DNA from: Eledone cirrhosa
Taxonomy: Eukaryota
Assembly: GCA_964016885.1 (NCBI GenBank)
Contig: OZ024741.1
Span: 10,044,001 to 10,108,000, forward strand
Reading direction: 5' to 3'
Length of the DNA: 64,000 bases
Shown: positions 27,111-40,267 of the stretch, piece by piece
Position numbering within the stretch: the stretch's first letter is position 1
How the letters are laid out: each line of letters begins with the position of its first letter
Program-made: the position numbers and the translations under genes
The notes under the pieces: model-generated
What the model was told of the DNA's origin: nothing
Database searches by the model: none
The model's input: the letters and a program-made list of their open reading frames with translations, nothing else

Positions 27111-28287
27111 CCCCCCCCACACACACACATATATATCTATATATGGTATATTTGGCATGAAGTAGTTATGTTTAGGAAATAATGATTACTAAGCGACTCT
27201 CTCAACCTTTTGGCCATGCTACATTTATCATTTAAATGTCACATCTACAACATAAATATATTTACATTGTTTCATGTACTACAGTAAAATAATGTTGAAA
27301 TTTGTTGATACATGGTATATGTATTGATTGGCTTTCGATCGTGAGTTCGATAAGTGGTGGTGTGTTGTATTCCGGAGCATTGCATGTTATTTTACGTTGG
27401 CGCATTCGACTCAGATAGCAAAAACGAGTTGTACCTATAATTCAAATGGTCAGCCTTGTTCACGTAATGTAGACAGTTATAGAATGATAATGCTCGCTCA
27501 TTCCACGAAATGGTTGTTCCGTTGTTCAAACTGATACATTCATCGTGAGAACTGTTACAGATCCAACATATATACATATTTAATAAATAAGATTGTATTT
27601 TATATATCATGTTTTAAATATAATAAACACATAAAACTATTGCTGTGACACCTTCTCTGCCTCCAACTTAGTCACTTTGGCCACGAACCCCGGTACTGGA
27701 CCTGCAATGCAGAGGAAAGGAAGACATCGCCGCACCCTAGGCCCAGAGCCCATCACCATTTCCCTTTCTCCTCCCTTTCTTCTGTGGTCCTACTGTCTTT
27801 TCCCCCGCCCTCATTTTCCTCTCATGGCTTCCATAATCCTTTCTTCTACTTTACCACACAGCCAGATCTCCCCTTCTTTATCCCTTCCCCATTTTCTCAT
27901 TATTAATTTTACTTTTATTTATGGACTATTTAAAATGTATGCAACTGAAAATCTGTTTTCTCTACGATGTCTAAATAATACAGACAGTGAACAAATATCT
28001 CAATTTTGCAGTTAAAATATTCAACAACTTTTCTTTTTAAATCAATTGCTCGAATTATCACTATTATATTCTAAATTAAATTCATTTAATTTGGAAAGTA
28101 ACGTCGATAATTGTATATAATCAATAAACAATATTTATATGTATATCTCTATGTCGGAGCGCCAATGCAAATTTTTAATCAAAGCCGGCTACCGCTCCGT
28201 ATACAAATGAGTTTCATGAGCTCATGAACATATGCTGGAATCTATACAATTCAAGCATCATTTGCTTCAGCAAAGACGTGGAGATAT

Positions 28288-28330
28288 GTAGTCTCGATAA
28301 CAGCTAATAAGCAAGAAATGCATCGATTAC
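28288..28330 (+). ncRNA. Degenerate hammerhead motif (U3-A8 type core)
   Basis: gtagtc TCGATAA cagc taataa gcaa GAAA tgca TC gattac; helix I 6 bp, palindromic helix III ATGCAT, weak helix II; loop II matches the 56136-56178 motif. Confidence 0.45.
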
Positions 28331-28699
28331 TTCCCCTTTTTTTACCGAGGCTGGGTGTGTGACGAAGATCACAACCTTAAAGATTCATTACGAAAGGCCT
28401 TCAAATGTTTGTCATAAACATTCCGTATATTATTCAATATAAAATACGTACATTCATATGTATATCGTTCTACAAATCTTTCGATGATAAAATATTTCAT
28501 ATTAGATATCAAATATTTACATGTTTACGTTTATAATTTGCTTGTTTAATATTTAATATTGTTCATGATACGAAGAGTGATTTGATAACCCATGGGGTAA
28601 TATAAAATACTTCGACTTTTCCATGTTACAGATTTCATTTTGTTATCTTCAGACAATCAAGATTGGTGGATTGACAGAGTCATTATACGGGCGGGGAAA

Positions 28700-28880
28700 T
28701 GGTTGAGGAGCGTGCTGTCTTTTTATTTTCTGATCCAAACCTCATCGAAGCTAACTTTGCTTATTATCCTTTTGAAATCGATTATATGATGCACGACTCA
28801 AGCACTGGGATTGCTATAATCAATAATATTCCCTTCCATTAAAATTACTGGGACTTGTGCCAAGATTATAAACCAATATT
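28700..28880 (+). mobile_element. Degenerate tRNA-derived SINE
   Basis: Similar to the other copies (AACTTTGCTTATTATCCTTTTG, CAAGCACTGGG, CTTGTGCCAAGATTATAAAC). Confidence 0.55.
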
Positions 28881-29235
28881 ATCAGACAAAATGTGAAGAT
28901 GAGATATATATATACCAATATTTTCAGACAATATGTGAAGATATGGAAACCAATATTTTCAGACAATATGTGAAGATAAGATATAGAAACCAATATTTTC
29001 AGACAATATGTGAAGATAAGATATAGAAACCAATATTTTCAGACAATATGTGAAGGTATATATACCAATATTTTCAGACAATATGTGAAGGTATATATAC
29101 CAATATTTTCAGACAATATGTGAAGATATCGAAACTAATATTTTCAGACAATGTGAAGATAAGATATTTTCATATAAAATGTGAAGATAAGGTATATATA
29201 TATATATATATGTACCAATATTTTCAGACAATATC
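28872..29235. repeat. Minisatellite, 35-40-bp unit CCAATATTTTCAGACAATATGTGAAG..., about 9 copies
   Basis: Direct tandem copies starting at the SINE 3' end. Confidence 0.85.
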
Positions 29236-29386
29236 TGTTTTGTAGCCTCACCCACAGTCATATTTTTATAAAAAAATAATAAATTTCTGTACAAACACTT
29301 TAATTTGGTGTCACGATCTTTGATAGCGTGTGTTGATGTTATTACTTTAGTGACCGCCCCCATATGTGTGTGTGTACGTATGTCAA

Positions 29387-29422
<36 letters not shown>

Positions 29423-30399
29423 AAAAAGAGATGAAATCGAAAATGCAACTGGAGTCTTATTTTTTTTTTAAATATATATATTTATTTGGTTCCTTTACCG
29501 GTTTCGCAGTTCTTCTGCTTTTCAAAAGGTGAGTTGAGATGGAGGGTCTGTGGTTTTTCTCACATCTGGTTGGTCTCTGAATGTTACTTGTTTTATATAG
29601 AAAAAGTGGCTCGAAATGCCAGGTTTTTCGAGAAGTAATTTGATTGGTTTGTCAATAATTATAATAAATTTCGCGCCAGTTCGCGTTACAATAGTTCTTC
29701 AAATAAGAGGGGGGGGGGGTTGTCACAGGTTGTTTTTTCATATATGAGTGTTTGAATTTCTTTTTACTTGAAAAAAGGGGCTCACGAAGGCTTTTTTTTG
29801 GTTGGTTATAAATGAAATTATGGCTGTCACGTGAATTTTCGTGCCCTTATTTGGAAATCCATTCTGTAGCCTTTTTAGGGAATTTTATGATAAGTGAAAG
29901 ATAATGGTCAAGAGAAAGGGATGGGAGAATTGTTCTGGTTCAGTGAATATGGTTAGTTCGCTGGGGTGTCAGAATTCAGATTTTCTATTGAATAAAGACA
30001 GTAAAGATATGTGTGTTTATTTGCGTGCTTGTGTGTGTGTGTTGTGTGTGTGTGTGTGTTGTGTGTGTGTGTGTTTGAATTTCTTTACTTAAAAAAAAGG
30101 TGGCTCACGAAGGCTTTTTTTTAATAAACGTGATTTGATTGGTTATAAATGAAATTTGGCTGTCACGTGAACAAATTTTCATTACATTTTTGCGCCCTTA
30201 TTTGGAAATCTATTCTGTAGCCTTTATAGAGAATGTTATGACAAGGGAAAGATAGTGGTCAAGAGAAATGGGATTGGGAGAATTGTTCTGGTTCAGTGAA
30301 TATGGTTAGTTCGCTGGGGTATCAGAGTTCAGATTTTCTATTGAAGTAAAGATATGTATGTTTATTTGTGTGCTTGTGTGTGTATGTGTGTGTGTGTGT

Positions 30400-30430
<31 letters not shown>

Positions 30431-30920
30431 AGTGTGTGTGTGTATTGGAAGATGATTCTATTAGTAGAAATGGGGGAGGGAGTTGTGTGTGTGTATATGG
30501 GTGTTATGTGTGTGTGTGCGAGTATGTTAAGATAGAGAGAATATATATTTTGTGTGTGTGTATATATATGTGTGTAGGAAAGTGGTTCTATTAGTAGAAA
30601 TGGGGGAGGGAGTTGTGGGTGTGGGGGTGGTTATGTGTGTGTATGGGTGTTATGTGTGTGGGAGTATGGTTAGCATGTTAAGATGAAGAGAATATATATA
30701 TATATATATATTGTGTGTGTGTGTGTGTAGGAAAATGATTCCTTTAGTAGGAATATTTTTGAATGAACATATTTTCCTTAATTATTCGTATTTGTTCTGT
30801 TGTATTGTCAGTGTAAACGTATGTTAAGGTTTATTTAGTTCGGGTTTTTATTTTCTAAAGTAGAAGGTGTTATGTGTGTGTGTGTGTGTATGTCATATTA
30901 TGGTGTTGACATAATGTATA

Positions 30921-31558
30921 TTAAACCATATTTAATGGTGGTCTATATTTTTGAATAAACATATTTTCCTTATTTATTCGTATTTGTTCTGTTGTATTGT
31001 TAGCGCAAAGGTAAAATGGGAAGACTTGGAATTTTGGTGTCTTATTACTTGCGCAAATGTCTAGATGTGCACTTAGTGGTATCTGTCTCGTGGTTGGATC
31101 TCGTAATTGTTGGCGATGAACTGTCATTCTGTTTCTGAGTGTGAGTTTAGTTTGTCCTATATAATCTTCATTGCATCCTTTACATTTAATGGCATAAAGT
31201 AGATTTTTTGATGAACAAGTGAAGTGATTTTTTACAGTAAAATGTTGTCTTGATTTGAATGTATACGTGTTGCCTTCAATGAGGAGAGTGCAGGTTCCAC
31301 AATTAGAGCGAACACATTTTTTGATACTTGGTTGTGGGTTTGTGATAGGTAATTTGGCATTGGTGAGTAATGTTTTCAGTGAATTTGGTTGTCTTTTGCT
31401 TTTGATTATTTTGTGTGTTTCAAGGGCTTTTTTCATTCTTGCGTTTTGTTTCAGTAGTGGGATATTCTTGTGAATAGTGTTGTAAGCTTCCGCATTTCTT
31501 GGGTTGTGTGTTGAGATATATGATAGAATATTGGACGTACCTTGAATTTGTCTCTGTT
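30921..31558 (-). pseudogene. C-terminal GIY-YIG endonuclease fragment of a PLE
   Basis: KKCVRSNCGTC linker, TCSSKNLLYAIKCKGCNEDYIGQT..RMTVH..SAH (CCHH), KENMFIQKYRPPLN. The start in the ORF track comes from the inversion junction. Confidence 0.9.
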
Positions 31559-32397
31559 TAACCATATTCACTGAACCAGAACAATTCTCCCAATCCCATT
31601 TCTCTTGACCACTATCTTTACCTTCTCATAACATTCTCTATAAAGGCTACAGAATAGATTTCCAAATAAGGGCACAAAAATGTAATGAAAACTTGTTCAC
31701 GTGACAGCCAAATTTCATTTATAACCAATCAAATCACGTTTATTAAAAAAAAGCCTTCGTGAGCCACCTTTTTTTTAAGTAAAGAAATTCAAACACACAC
31801 ACACACACAACTCACACACACACACACACACAACTCACACACACACACACAACACACACACACACACGCACGCACACACACACACAAGCACACAAATAAA
31901 CATATCTATCTTTACTGTCTTTATTCAATAGAAAATCGGAATTCTGACACCCCAGCGAACTAACCATATTCACTGAACCAGAACAATTCTCCCATCCCTT
32001 TCTCTTGACCATTATCTTTCACTTATCATAAAATTCTCTAAAAAGGCTACAGAATGGATTTCCAAATAAGGGCACGAAAATTTAATGAAAACTTGTTCAC
32101 GTGACAGCCATAATTTCATTTATAACCAACCCCAAAAAAGCCTTCGTGAGCCCCTTTTTTCAAATAAAAAGAAATTCAAACACTCATATATGAAAAAACA
32201 ACCTGTGACAACCCCCCCTCTTATTTGAAGAACTATTGTAACGCGAACTGGCGCGAAATTTATTATAATTATTGACAAACCAATCAAATGACTTCTCGAA
32301 AAACCTGGCATTTCGAGCCACTTTTTCCATATAAAACAAGTAACATTCAGAGACCAACCAGATGTGAGAAAAACCACAGACCCTCCATCTCAACTCA

Positions 32398-32435
32398 CCT
32401 TTTGAAAAGCAGAAGAACTGCGAAACCGGTAAAGG
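32398..32435 (+). ncRNA. Minimal type I hammerhead with U3-A8 core (mirror at 29492-29529(-); further copy at 55741-55776)
   Basis: cctt TTGAAAA gcag aagaa ctgc GAAA ccgg TA aagg. All helices perfect, palindromic helix III ACCGGT, GUA site. Confidence 0.82.
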
Positions 32436-32565
32436 AACCAAATAAATATATATATTTTTTTAAAAATAAGACACCAGTTGCATTTTCGATTTCATCTCTT
32501 TTTCTTTATACTTTCACTCGTGTAGGACACCTTGGTTATTTTTCAATTTGTAAAAAAAACCTCAC

Positions 32566-32622
<57 letters not shown>

Positions 32623-32729
32623 CTCACGACTACATATATATCTTTATATAGAAAGCGAAGAAGTAAGTCATCAAAAGTACGGCGAAAATAAGAGTAACTT
32701 AGGGTCATTTATAAAACATATAGTATATA

Positions 32730-32795
<66 letters not shown>

Positions 32796-32881
32796 TCAGT
32801 GTGCATGTAGGTATGGATGTATATCTATATGTAATGTATATATATATATATATATGCATCTATATTTATTGTATATATATA

Positions 32882-32963
<82 letters not shown>

Positions 32964-33516
32964 TCTCTTCCCGTCCATCATGAACTAAATACTCAAAAGT
33001 GATAAAGTATGTAATTTAAACAAAGCCAAGTACATCAAAAAGAAACGCCACGGATATTGAAGTATAATCATGTTCTTCCCAGAATGCCTGTCATATACAT
33101 CCGGTTCAAAATGACACGTTGCTTTTCACATTTCACCCTCTTCACTCTCTTCGGCCTCCATTTTTCTCTCTGTTTTCTTTTCTATTTTTGCCGTGTGTTT
33201 GTGTCTTTCTCTGTCATTTATAGTCTTATATGTGTTATGTGTTAAATCTTTACTTCATTATTTTTTACAAGCATCCTCTATCCTCGACATGCTACCTTCT
33301 TACCTATAAACCATTGCACATATATTGAAGATGAAATATCTATCTTTCTTTCTATATATATCTATATATATATATATATATATAGATATGTATAGATATA
33401 TATGTGTGTGTGTGTGTGTACGTACACATAAAACTCTCATACGCATGCAGACACCCACACACAGACACACACGCCGACATGCACATATACACAAACACAT
33501 ACACGCACACACACGC

Positions 33517-33618
<102 letters not shown>

Positions 33619-33889
33619 GTATATATACACATACATACACACATATATATATATATATATTAGTTGATGACCGATTCTGCACATCTGCATGTGCGTATAT
33701 ACGTATGTATATATGTTTGCAAGTATGTGTGTGTATGTGTGTATGTATGTATATATGTACGTATGTATGTGTGTATGTGTGTATGTATGTATGTGTGTAC
33801 GTATGTATGTGTGTATGTATGTATGTATATATGTACGTATGTGTGTATGTGTGTACGTATGTATGTGTGTATGTATGTATGTATGTTTA

Positions 33890-34510
33890 TGTCAGGTCAC
33901 CAGTTGGTGCTACTGGTAACATGTATCCCAGTACAACCTGTCTCATGGTCGGGTCGTTGGCGACTAAACTGGCAACCCCACCAAGGTTTCTTGGTGAGGA
34001 GGGTGACTTTGGACATCCTGCAGGACTAAAAACAAAACCTGTCAAAGGGCAAAGGAGCTCTTAAGAGTCAATGGCCATCCAAAATCACCGGGAGAGATGA
34101 CCCCTTAGCCTTTGTCAAGGCAGAATTCTAGGAGAAGGAAAACTCTGATATAACACCTGCAACCCTGATGGTATCCAATGATGTTGACTTGTTCTTCTTT
34201 TTGGTAAATATCATCTTGGTTAAGAGAGTGGGACTGGCTTTGTGCAGTGCCTTTGCTCACTATAAAAGCTTCACGGCACAGGCATTGCTTTGTATCTTTG
34301 TATCTGGAGATCTCTCTGCACTTGTCGTCACATGGTACCATGGGCCCAGCACTATGTGCCAATAATTGTCACAAGTATAGTGTTTGTACCATAGTTTTCA
34401 AGTCGCTGGATGGACTAAAAAGTCACACTCGTTCAGCGCATCGGTAGGGGTTCTCCTACATGGATATAAAGTAGTGGCCGTACTCGAAAACGAGTTGGCA
34501 GCCACCATGT
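33890..34510 (+). mobile_element. Rearranged, internally deleted RTE-like LINE remnant ending in a C2H2-like finger and a (TATG)n tail
   Basis: 3' end ..VCTIVFKSLDGLKSHTRSAHR* then GAGTTGGCAGCCACCATGTATG; homologous to the reverse complement of 62055-62200. Confidence 0.6.
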
Positions 34511-34972
34511 ATGTATGTATATATGTATGTATGTATGAGTGTATGTGTGTATGTGTGTATGTATGTATGTGTGTATGTATGTATGTATATATGTACGTAT
34601 GTGTGTACGTATGTATGTGCTTCTGGTTTTATTATTTTATAAATTTTCATTAATGGACAGGAGTCGGTTTCTAACATAGAAACAAGACTCTGTAATTTAG
34701 ACATCAACTAGGTAAATAGTTATGTGTGTCTGTCTGTATGTATCAAGGTAAACAAGTATGTATGCATGTGTGTATGTATGTATGTATGTATGTATGTATG
34801 TATGTATGTATGTATGTATGTATGTATGTATGTATGTATGTAGGTAAATAGCTATCTCTGTCTGTATGTACATGTGCGTCTGCAGGTATGGCTGTTATGG
34901 CATGTGGGCATCTGTATGTTTTGTGTTACAGGTGTGCACGTGCATATGTCTCTTAATCTCTACATGCAGTTA

Positions 34973-35330
34973 TTACCTGCTGAATTTCTGAAATGTTTTA
35001 CATATTTTTAAAGTTTTATTAACTGACCGTACCTTTCTAACAAACTGTGCTCTTCCTAGTTCTATGAAACCCTGCTCCTCAGTATTTGTCCTGAGGCAGT
35101 TAGTAACATAGCCCAGAGCCGTAATACTTACAGGTACAAATCTGAAGGTATAGTTATCATAACTGTTCTCCTTTGCGTTAATCTTACATTGGAGGGCAGC
35201 TGACTTCCACGACAGTGCAAGCTTTTTTCTGTCCCATATCACTATATCTGCTTTGTTATATTTGCATTCTATTGAGGTTTTCAGTGGAACATCCCACCAG
35301 CACTCTTTCATATGATGTATACATATGACC
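34973..35330 (-). pseudogene. C-terminal restriction-like endonuclease fragment of an R4/NeSL-type non-LTR element
   Basis: WWDVPLKT..NKADIVIWDRKK..FVPVSITALG..KICKTF resembles the REL PD..D region. Confidence 0.6.
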
Positions 35331-35410
35331 TGCACGCCACTGTAACATTTTACATCATGCTCTCTCTCTCTCTCTCTCTTTATAAATATATACATATATA
35401 TATGTATATA

Positions 35411-35470
<60 letters not shown>

Positions 35471-35473
<3 letters not shown>

Positions 35474-35642
35474 AAAATAATAAATTTGAAGACTATAATC
35501 CAAAGAGGGCTCGATAAGGATAAATATATATCAAATATATAAGAACCGTAGAGCAAATATATATTAAAATAACAGATTAAAGTTTAAGCAAAGAATCGCT
35601 GCTTTCACCCTTAACGCACCGATTCTTTGCTTAAATTTTAAT
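35471..35642 (-). mobile_element. Solo pseudo-LTR fragment of PLE 2 with a short fold-back
   Basis: Nearly identical to about 22964-23105, then inverts (GATTCTTTGCTTAAA at 35621). Confidence 0.8.
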
Positions 35643-35817
35643 AAATTTCCGGTTGGTTGGTTGGTTCCATAACCGGACGGTTATTCATATGTTGTTCTTT
35701 CGTCACACATTCTGTGACCTCTTCAGTGACTGGGGATTCTTTTCTTTGGTTTGTGCCTCTCCTTTGTTCTGTCCTACGCCATCTTGTTTTTGTATGTGTT
35801 GTGTGCTTAGTTTGCGC

Positions 35818-36167
35818 ATGTGTTACATCCGGGTATCTGTGTGTGTTTTTATTTGTTTATTTATTTGTTTATTTCTATTTATATAAATATGCTAAAATAA
35901 AACATAAGGGCAAATTAGAGAACATAGATAAAAATAGAATCTACACATAGAAAAGACGCAATGCATAGACAAATCACAGAGGCAATAAATATAAATGAAC
36001 TCCAACCAAAATTAAATAGAAAACATGAATGAATAGCAACATCACAACATACAATTAAGGACAAAATGAAAACACACACACATAGAACAAACAATTAACT
36101 AGTAACATATAAATAAACAAATAAATAAACAAATAAAAACACACACAGACACCCGGATGTAACACAT
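35818..36167. repeat. Inverted repeat pair of about 57 bp (35818-35874 and 36111-36167)
   Basis: ATGTGTTACATCCGGG..TTTATTT against AAATAAA..CCCGGATGTAACACAT. Confidence 0.7.
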
Positions 36168-36548
36168 ATTCAAAACTCTCGACAAGTTTTCTGGAGTATA
36201 AAATTCAATGATATTAGATAAATGGAAACTATATTTATAAAACCATATTTATTCTATTATATATATTTCAATGGTACTAAAACTTTGGTACCCTCTCATC
36301 AGATAAAATACAAAGTTTGTTTTATAAATATTGACATAACCAGTAATAAGATCTTAACGGTTCAACTTATTCCTGGACTATCCAGGAATAACTTGAACCG
36401 TTAAAATCCTATTACTGGGTATGTCAATATTTATAAAACACACTTCGTATTTTATCTGATGAGAGTGTACCAAAGTTTTGGTACCCTTGAAATATATATA
36501 ATAGAATAAATATAGTTTTATAAATATAGTTTCCATTTATCTAATATC

Positions 36549-36555
<7 letters not shown>
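36168..36555. mobile_element. Fold-back element (arms 36203-36377 and 36381-36555, 3-nt loop), same family as 16649, with opposed hammerheads at 36250-36310(-) and 36448-36508(+)
   Basis: tattttat CTGATGA gag-t-gtaccaaa..tttggtac-c-ctt GAAA tatata TA atagaata; tail lies on the left side. Confidence 0.88.
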
Positions 36556-36621
<66 letters not shown>

Positions 36622-37924
36622 TATATATATTTCGAAAGCACCTGCATACCGAAACATGGCTTTCACAAGAATCTGTCATTTGTGTATCGAGGACATTTTT
36701 TATATAATTAACTGTCAAAATTCTATTAATTTAAAAAGCGAAATATTTAATTCTTGCAGACATCGCCAAAAATCCACTTTCCGAAGTATTTTTAATCTAT
36801 AATATTCATTACACTTGACTACATCTTATACACCTTTAAAATGACCCTGTAATATACTGAGGTTTTTTTTAATTTTATTTAAAATGTTTTTAATGATCCT
36901 TCTTCTTAAATTTAGTATTTTTACCAATTGATATTCTTTTCCTAATGATACTCTTCTTAATCTATTTTTTAGATTTATATATATTTTTTTAGATTGATAC
37001 TTTTTAATTGATATTCTGAAAGATATCTTCTTTACGATAGTTCTTCTAAATACACTCTCGACTTATCTAATAATACATTTTTCTTCAAACTTTTCACACA
37101 TCTTTCGAAGTAGATAATATATATTTGAAATTCTCATCCTTGAAAACATGTAATATAAAATACCTTATAATCTCACACAAAATAATATATAATTTTCTCT
37201 ACATACTTTCCACATTTTCTAAGAAAATTTTTCATCAAATCTTTTCCTTTACAATTGAGCAAACATAGACATAATAACTTGTATGTTAAATTATGTAATT
37301 TCGCTGAATTAATAATGTTCTGAAAATATTTCCAATGTTGGATGAAAATATTTGAATCTACAAATTGTTCATCTCTTACAATTTGAACTACGTCTGTTTC
37401 TTAAATATTTATGTGAAATGTAAAATCAACCTCCTTCGTAACTCATATTAGAAATGTGTTGTTTATATCTATATAATCACCAATAATATTTATATTTATA
37501 TACTTACAACCTGTTGCAATATAATAAGATAAAATGTACTTACAACCATAATTCTTCATATAATCTAATTGATTATATATATTATAACTCATGATTTTGC
37601 TAAATATATTTTAAATTCTGGAATCATATTCCACCAATCCAACAAACTGTTAATTCTTAACGTTTCAATCTTTTTAATTCACGTAAATACAAGCTTTTCT
37701 TTCTTTCTCTTTCTTCTTCCTACACATACATATATATATCCTCATAATTATTTAAATCTACCTAGCGTCTAAAAATAACGTTTTCTTTTCAGCCCTCATT
37801 TGCATATTCACCTTAATAATTTGAAATATTTGTTTTTTCCTCTTTTTCCTTTTACTATCCTGGTAAAACTTGAACTCTTAAGATCTCCTTCCTGGATATG
37901 TCTATATTTATGAAGCAAACTTTG

Positions 37925-37985
37925 TATTTTATCTGATGAGAGCGTACCAAAGTGTTGGAATCCTTGAAATATATATAATAGAATA
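37925..37985 (+). ncRNA. Type I hammerhead, same family as 16872 and 36448, in a solo copy (about 37880-38090)
   Basis: tattttat, CTGATGA (37933-37939), gagcgtaccaa..ttggaatcctt, GAAA (37966-37969), tatata TA, atagaata. Confidence 0.72.
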
Positions 37986-38011
37986 AATACGGTTTTATAA
38001 ATATAGTTTCC

Positions 38012-38061
<50 letters not shown>

Positions 38062-38158
38062 ATGATATTAATAAATGGAAACTATATTTGTATAGCTTCT
38101 TCCCCTATAATTATCTGTTTTCGTGTTTGAAATCATATTACTTTATACTACACACACA

Positions 38159-38250
<92 letters not shown>

Positions 38251-38514
38251 GTTTTGTGTGTGTGTCGTGTCCAGTCGTTTGAGCGAAGTTAAAAATATAC
38301 TAAAAATCTATAATTTTTTTTTTTGTACAGATAATTACACCTTCACAACAGGTAAATTACACCTTCACAACAGTGAATAAAGAATTATTAAAAATATCAA
38401 ATTTTATGGTAGAAGGAACTAATAATTGTTAACGTTTAACATTTTTTTTAATTAATTCTAGAAAGAATAAATATTCAAAAAGTAATGTAGTAGGCAAGGT
38501 GTCTAAATCCTCTC

Positions 38515-38740
38515 TTGATCCAACGAGGGGGCCAAGCTCTTCAAGCACCGCTCCCCGACAGGTTTGCGGTTGTACCCTTGGCAGTGGAGACTTCTGGTTT
38601 CCTCAGCCCTAGGGCTACCCCCCTTTTCACCACCATAGGCACTGAGCTGGTCAGCCGCAGGTGTGAGTCCCGCGAGCTGGAATGGCTTTACCAGCGCGTC
38701 TCCCTTGCCATCCTCCGGGGAAACCCATCTCTATTCTGTC
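38515..38740 (+). pseudogene. 3' fragment of a CRE-like REL non-LTR retrotransposon
   Basis: VPLAVETSG....A..LF..IG........RE..WLYQRVSLAILRGN matches the typical C-terminus of CRE-clade ORFs. Confidence 0.65.
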
Positions 38741-39310
38741 GGCCGGGGCTGTGGGGAAGGCCACCGCCGGAGCTGTGGGGAGGCCACTGCCAGGGCTGTG
38801 GGGAGGCCACTGCCGGGGCTGTGGGGAGGCCACTGCTGGGGCTGTGGGGAGGCCACTGCCGGGGCTGTGGGGAGGCCACTGCTGGGGCTGTGGGGAGGCC
38901 ACCGCCGGGGCTGTGGGGAGGCCACTGCCAGGGCTGTGGGGAGGCCACTGCCGGGGCTGTGGGGAGGCCACTGCCAGGGCTGTGGGGAGGCCACTGCCAG
39001 GGCTGTGGGGAGGCCACTGCCGGGGCTGTGGGGAGGCCACTGCCGGGGCTGTGGGGAGGCCACTGCCGGGGCTGTGGGGAGGCCACTGCCAGGGCTGTGG
39101 GGAGGCCACTGCCAGGGCTGTGGGGAGGCCACTGCCGGGGCTGTGGGGAGGCCACTGCCGGGGCTGTGGGGAGGCCACTGCCGGGGCTGTGGGGAGGCCA
39201 CCGCCGGGGCTGTGGGGAGGCCACTGCCGGGGCTGTGGGGAGGCCACTGCCGGGGCTGTGGGGAGGCCACCGCCGGGGCTGTGGGGAGGCCACCGCCGGG
39301 GCTGTGGGGT
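38741..39310. repeat. GC-rich 23-bp minisatellite (GGGGCTGTGGGGAGGCCACTGCC), about 24 copies
   Basis: Direct tandem copies; no stop codon in any frame, which explains the six overlapping ORFs. Confidence 0.95.
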
Positions 39311-39329
39311 GGATACCAATATGATTGAC

Positions 39330-39545
39330 TGTTATTTTATCAGTCAGATTAAAAAAACTAGTTACCGATTCAATAATAATATTTATTCTTCTTTCTAAGT
39401 CCGTGGATTTCTTCTTCTTTTCTGTAGATTCTCCTGAACAAACTCCAAAATATTTCGTCCTTTGTAGGTTCTCCTCCCTTCTTAAAGCCTTTATTAAGCG
39501 CCAAACTGTTGCGTGACTACAAGATAGACTGCCTTGGGAGGCAGT
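39330..39545 (-). pseudogene. Probable MULE-type transposase C-terminal remnant
   Basis: CSHATVWRLIKALRREE resembles the HPxIWxFIxxLxxE segment of animal MULE transposases. Confidence 0.45.
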
Positions 39546-40267
39546 GTGTATTGGCATACGGTGTTTCTTGGGCACTTTAAGCCTGGCAGAGCCCAACCCT
39601 TGTTTATATTTAAGTAACATACAGAAATCTGACTATGAATGTTAGTTGTGATCATGTTAAATCTCAGTAAGATTGAGAGGGCGCCAGGCACTAGTACTTC
39701 AGGATTGTTATTCAACATTTCTCACGTTTACTTACTCCATATCAAGAATAAGTTATAAGATTATGTACATTTTACGTATGATAGGCTTTCTTAATACTCT
39801 CGGGTCCCAAATAATAGAGGAGGTTGGAATAAGTGGAGATGGGAGTTAGAATAAATGGGGAGGGCGGAATTTTTCTAGGTTGTCTCCGTTGATTTTTAAA
39901 AAAACCAGAATTAGTCATTTAGTTTACATATTGAGATCCCAATCCATCTATATATTTGATAAAATATGGGATTTCTAGTAACGTACTTTTTTGTCATGTA
40001 TAATGTTTCTTAAAGTCTAAAAAAATTAATTGTCGCAGGAATGCTACTACTTAAAATAAAATATCGCTTGAGATAGATTAGCAGAAGTTAATAAGTGTTG
40101 GGTTGGAATAAGAGCCGGGGGGGGGGGGGATGATACCTGACAAATTAATATTTGAGACCTGAGAGTAAATATAAGGTGTTTTCTTACAATCGCTGGTTGG
40201 TTCTCCGACTGTGTCAACATGTGACTACATGTTATAGGATGAAGGATTATATTGTTTAATCTACGGA

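Larger units (their letters stand above)
29416..32570 (-). mobile_element. Penelope-like retroelement 3 (Neptune-like), 5'-truncated, flanked by long inverted pseudo-LTR arms (29416-30308 and 31559-32510)
   Basis: Mirror ORFs 29904-30092(+) and 31812-32012(-); GIY-YIG fragment between the arms; internal duplication of about 360 bp in the UTR; (TA)n flanks. Confidence 0.9.

Noticed and set aside
35698-35726. Minus-strand CTGAAGA-gtcaca/tgtgac-GAAA hammerhead core
   Set aside because: Helix II forms, but I could not find helices I and III.
38651-39620. Six overlapping 180-310-aa ORFs
   Set aside because: Caused by a stop-free 23-bp repeat; 23-aa periodicity in every frame.
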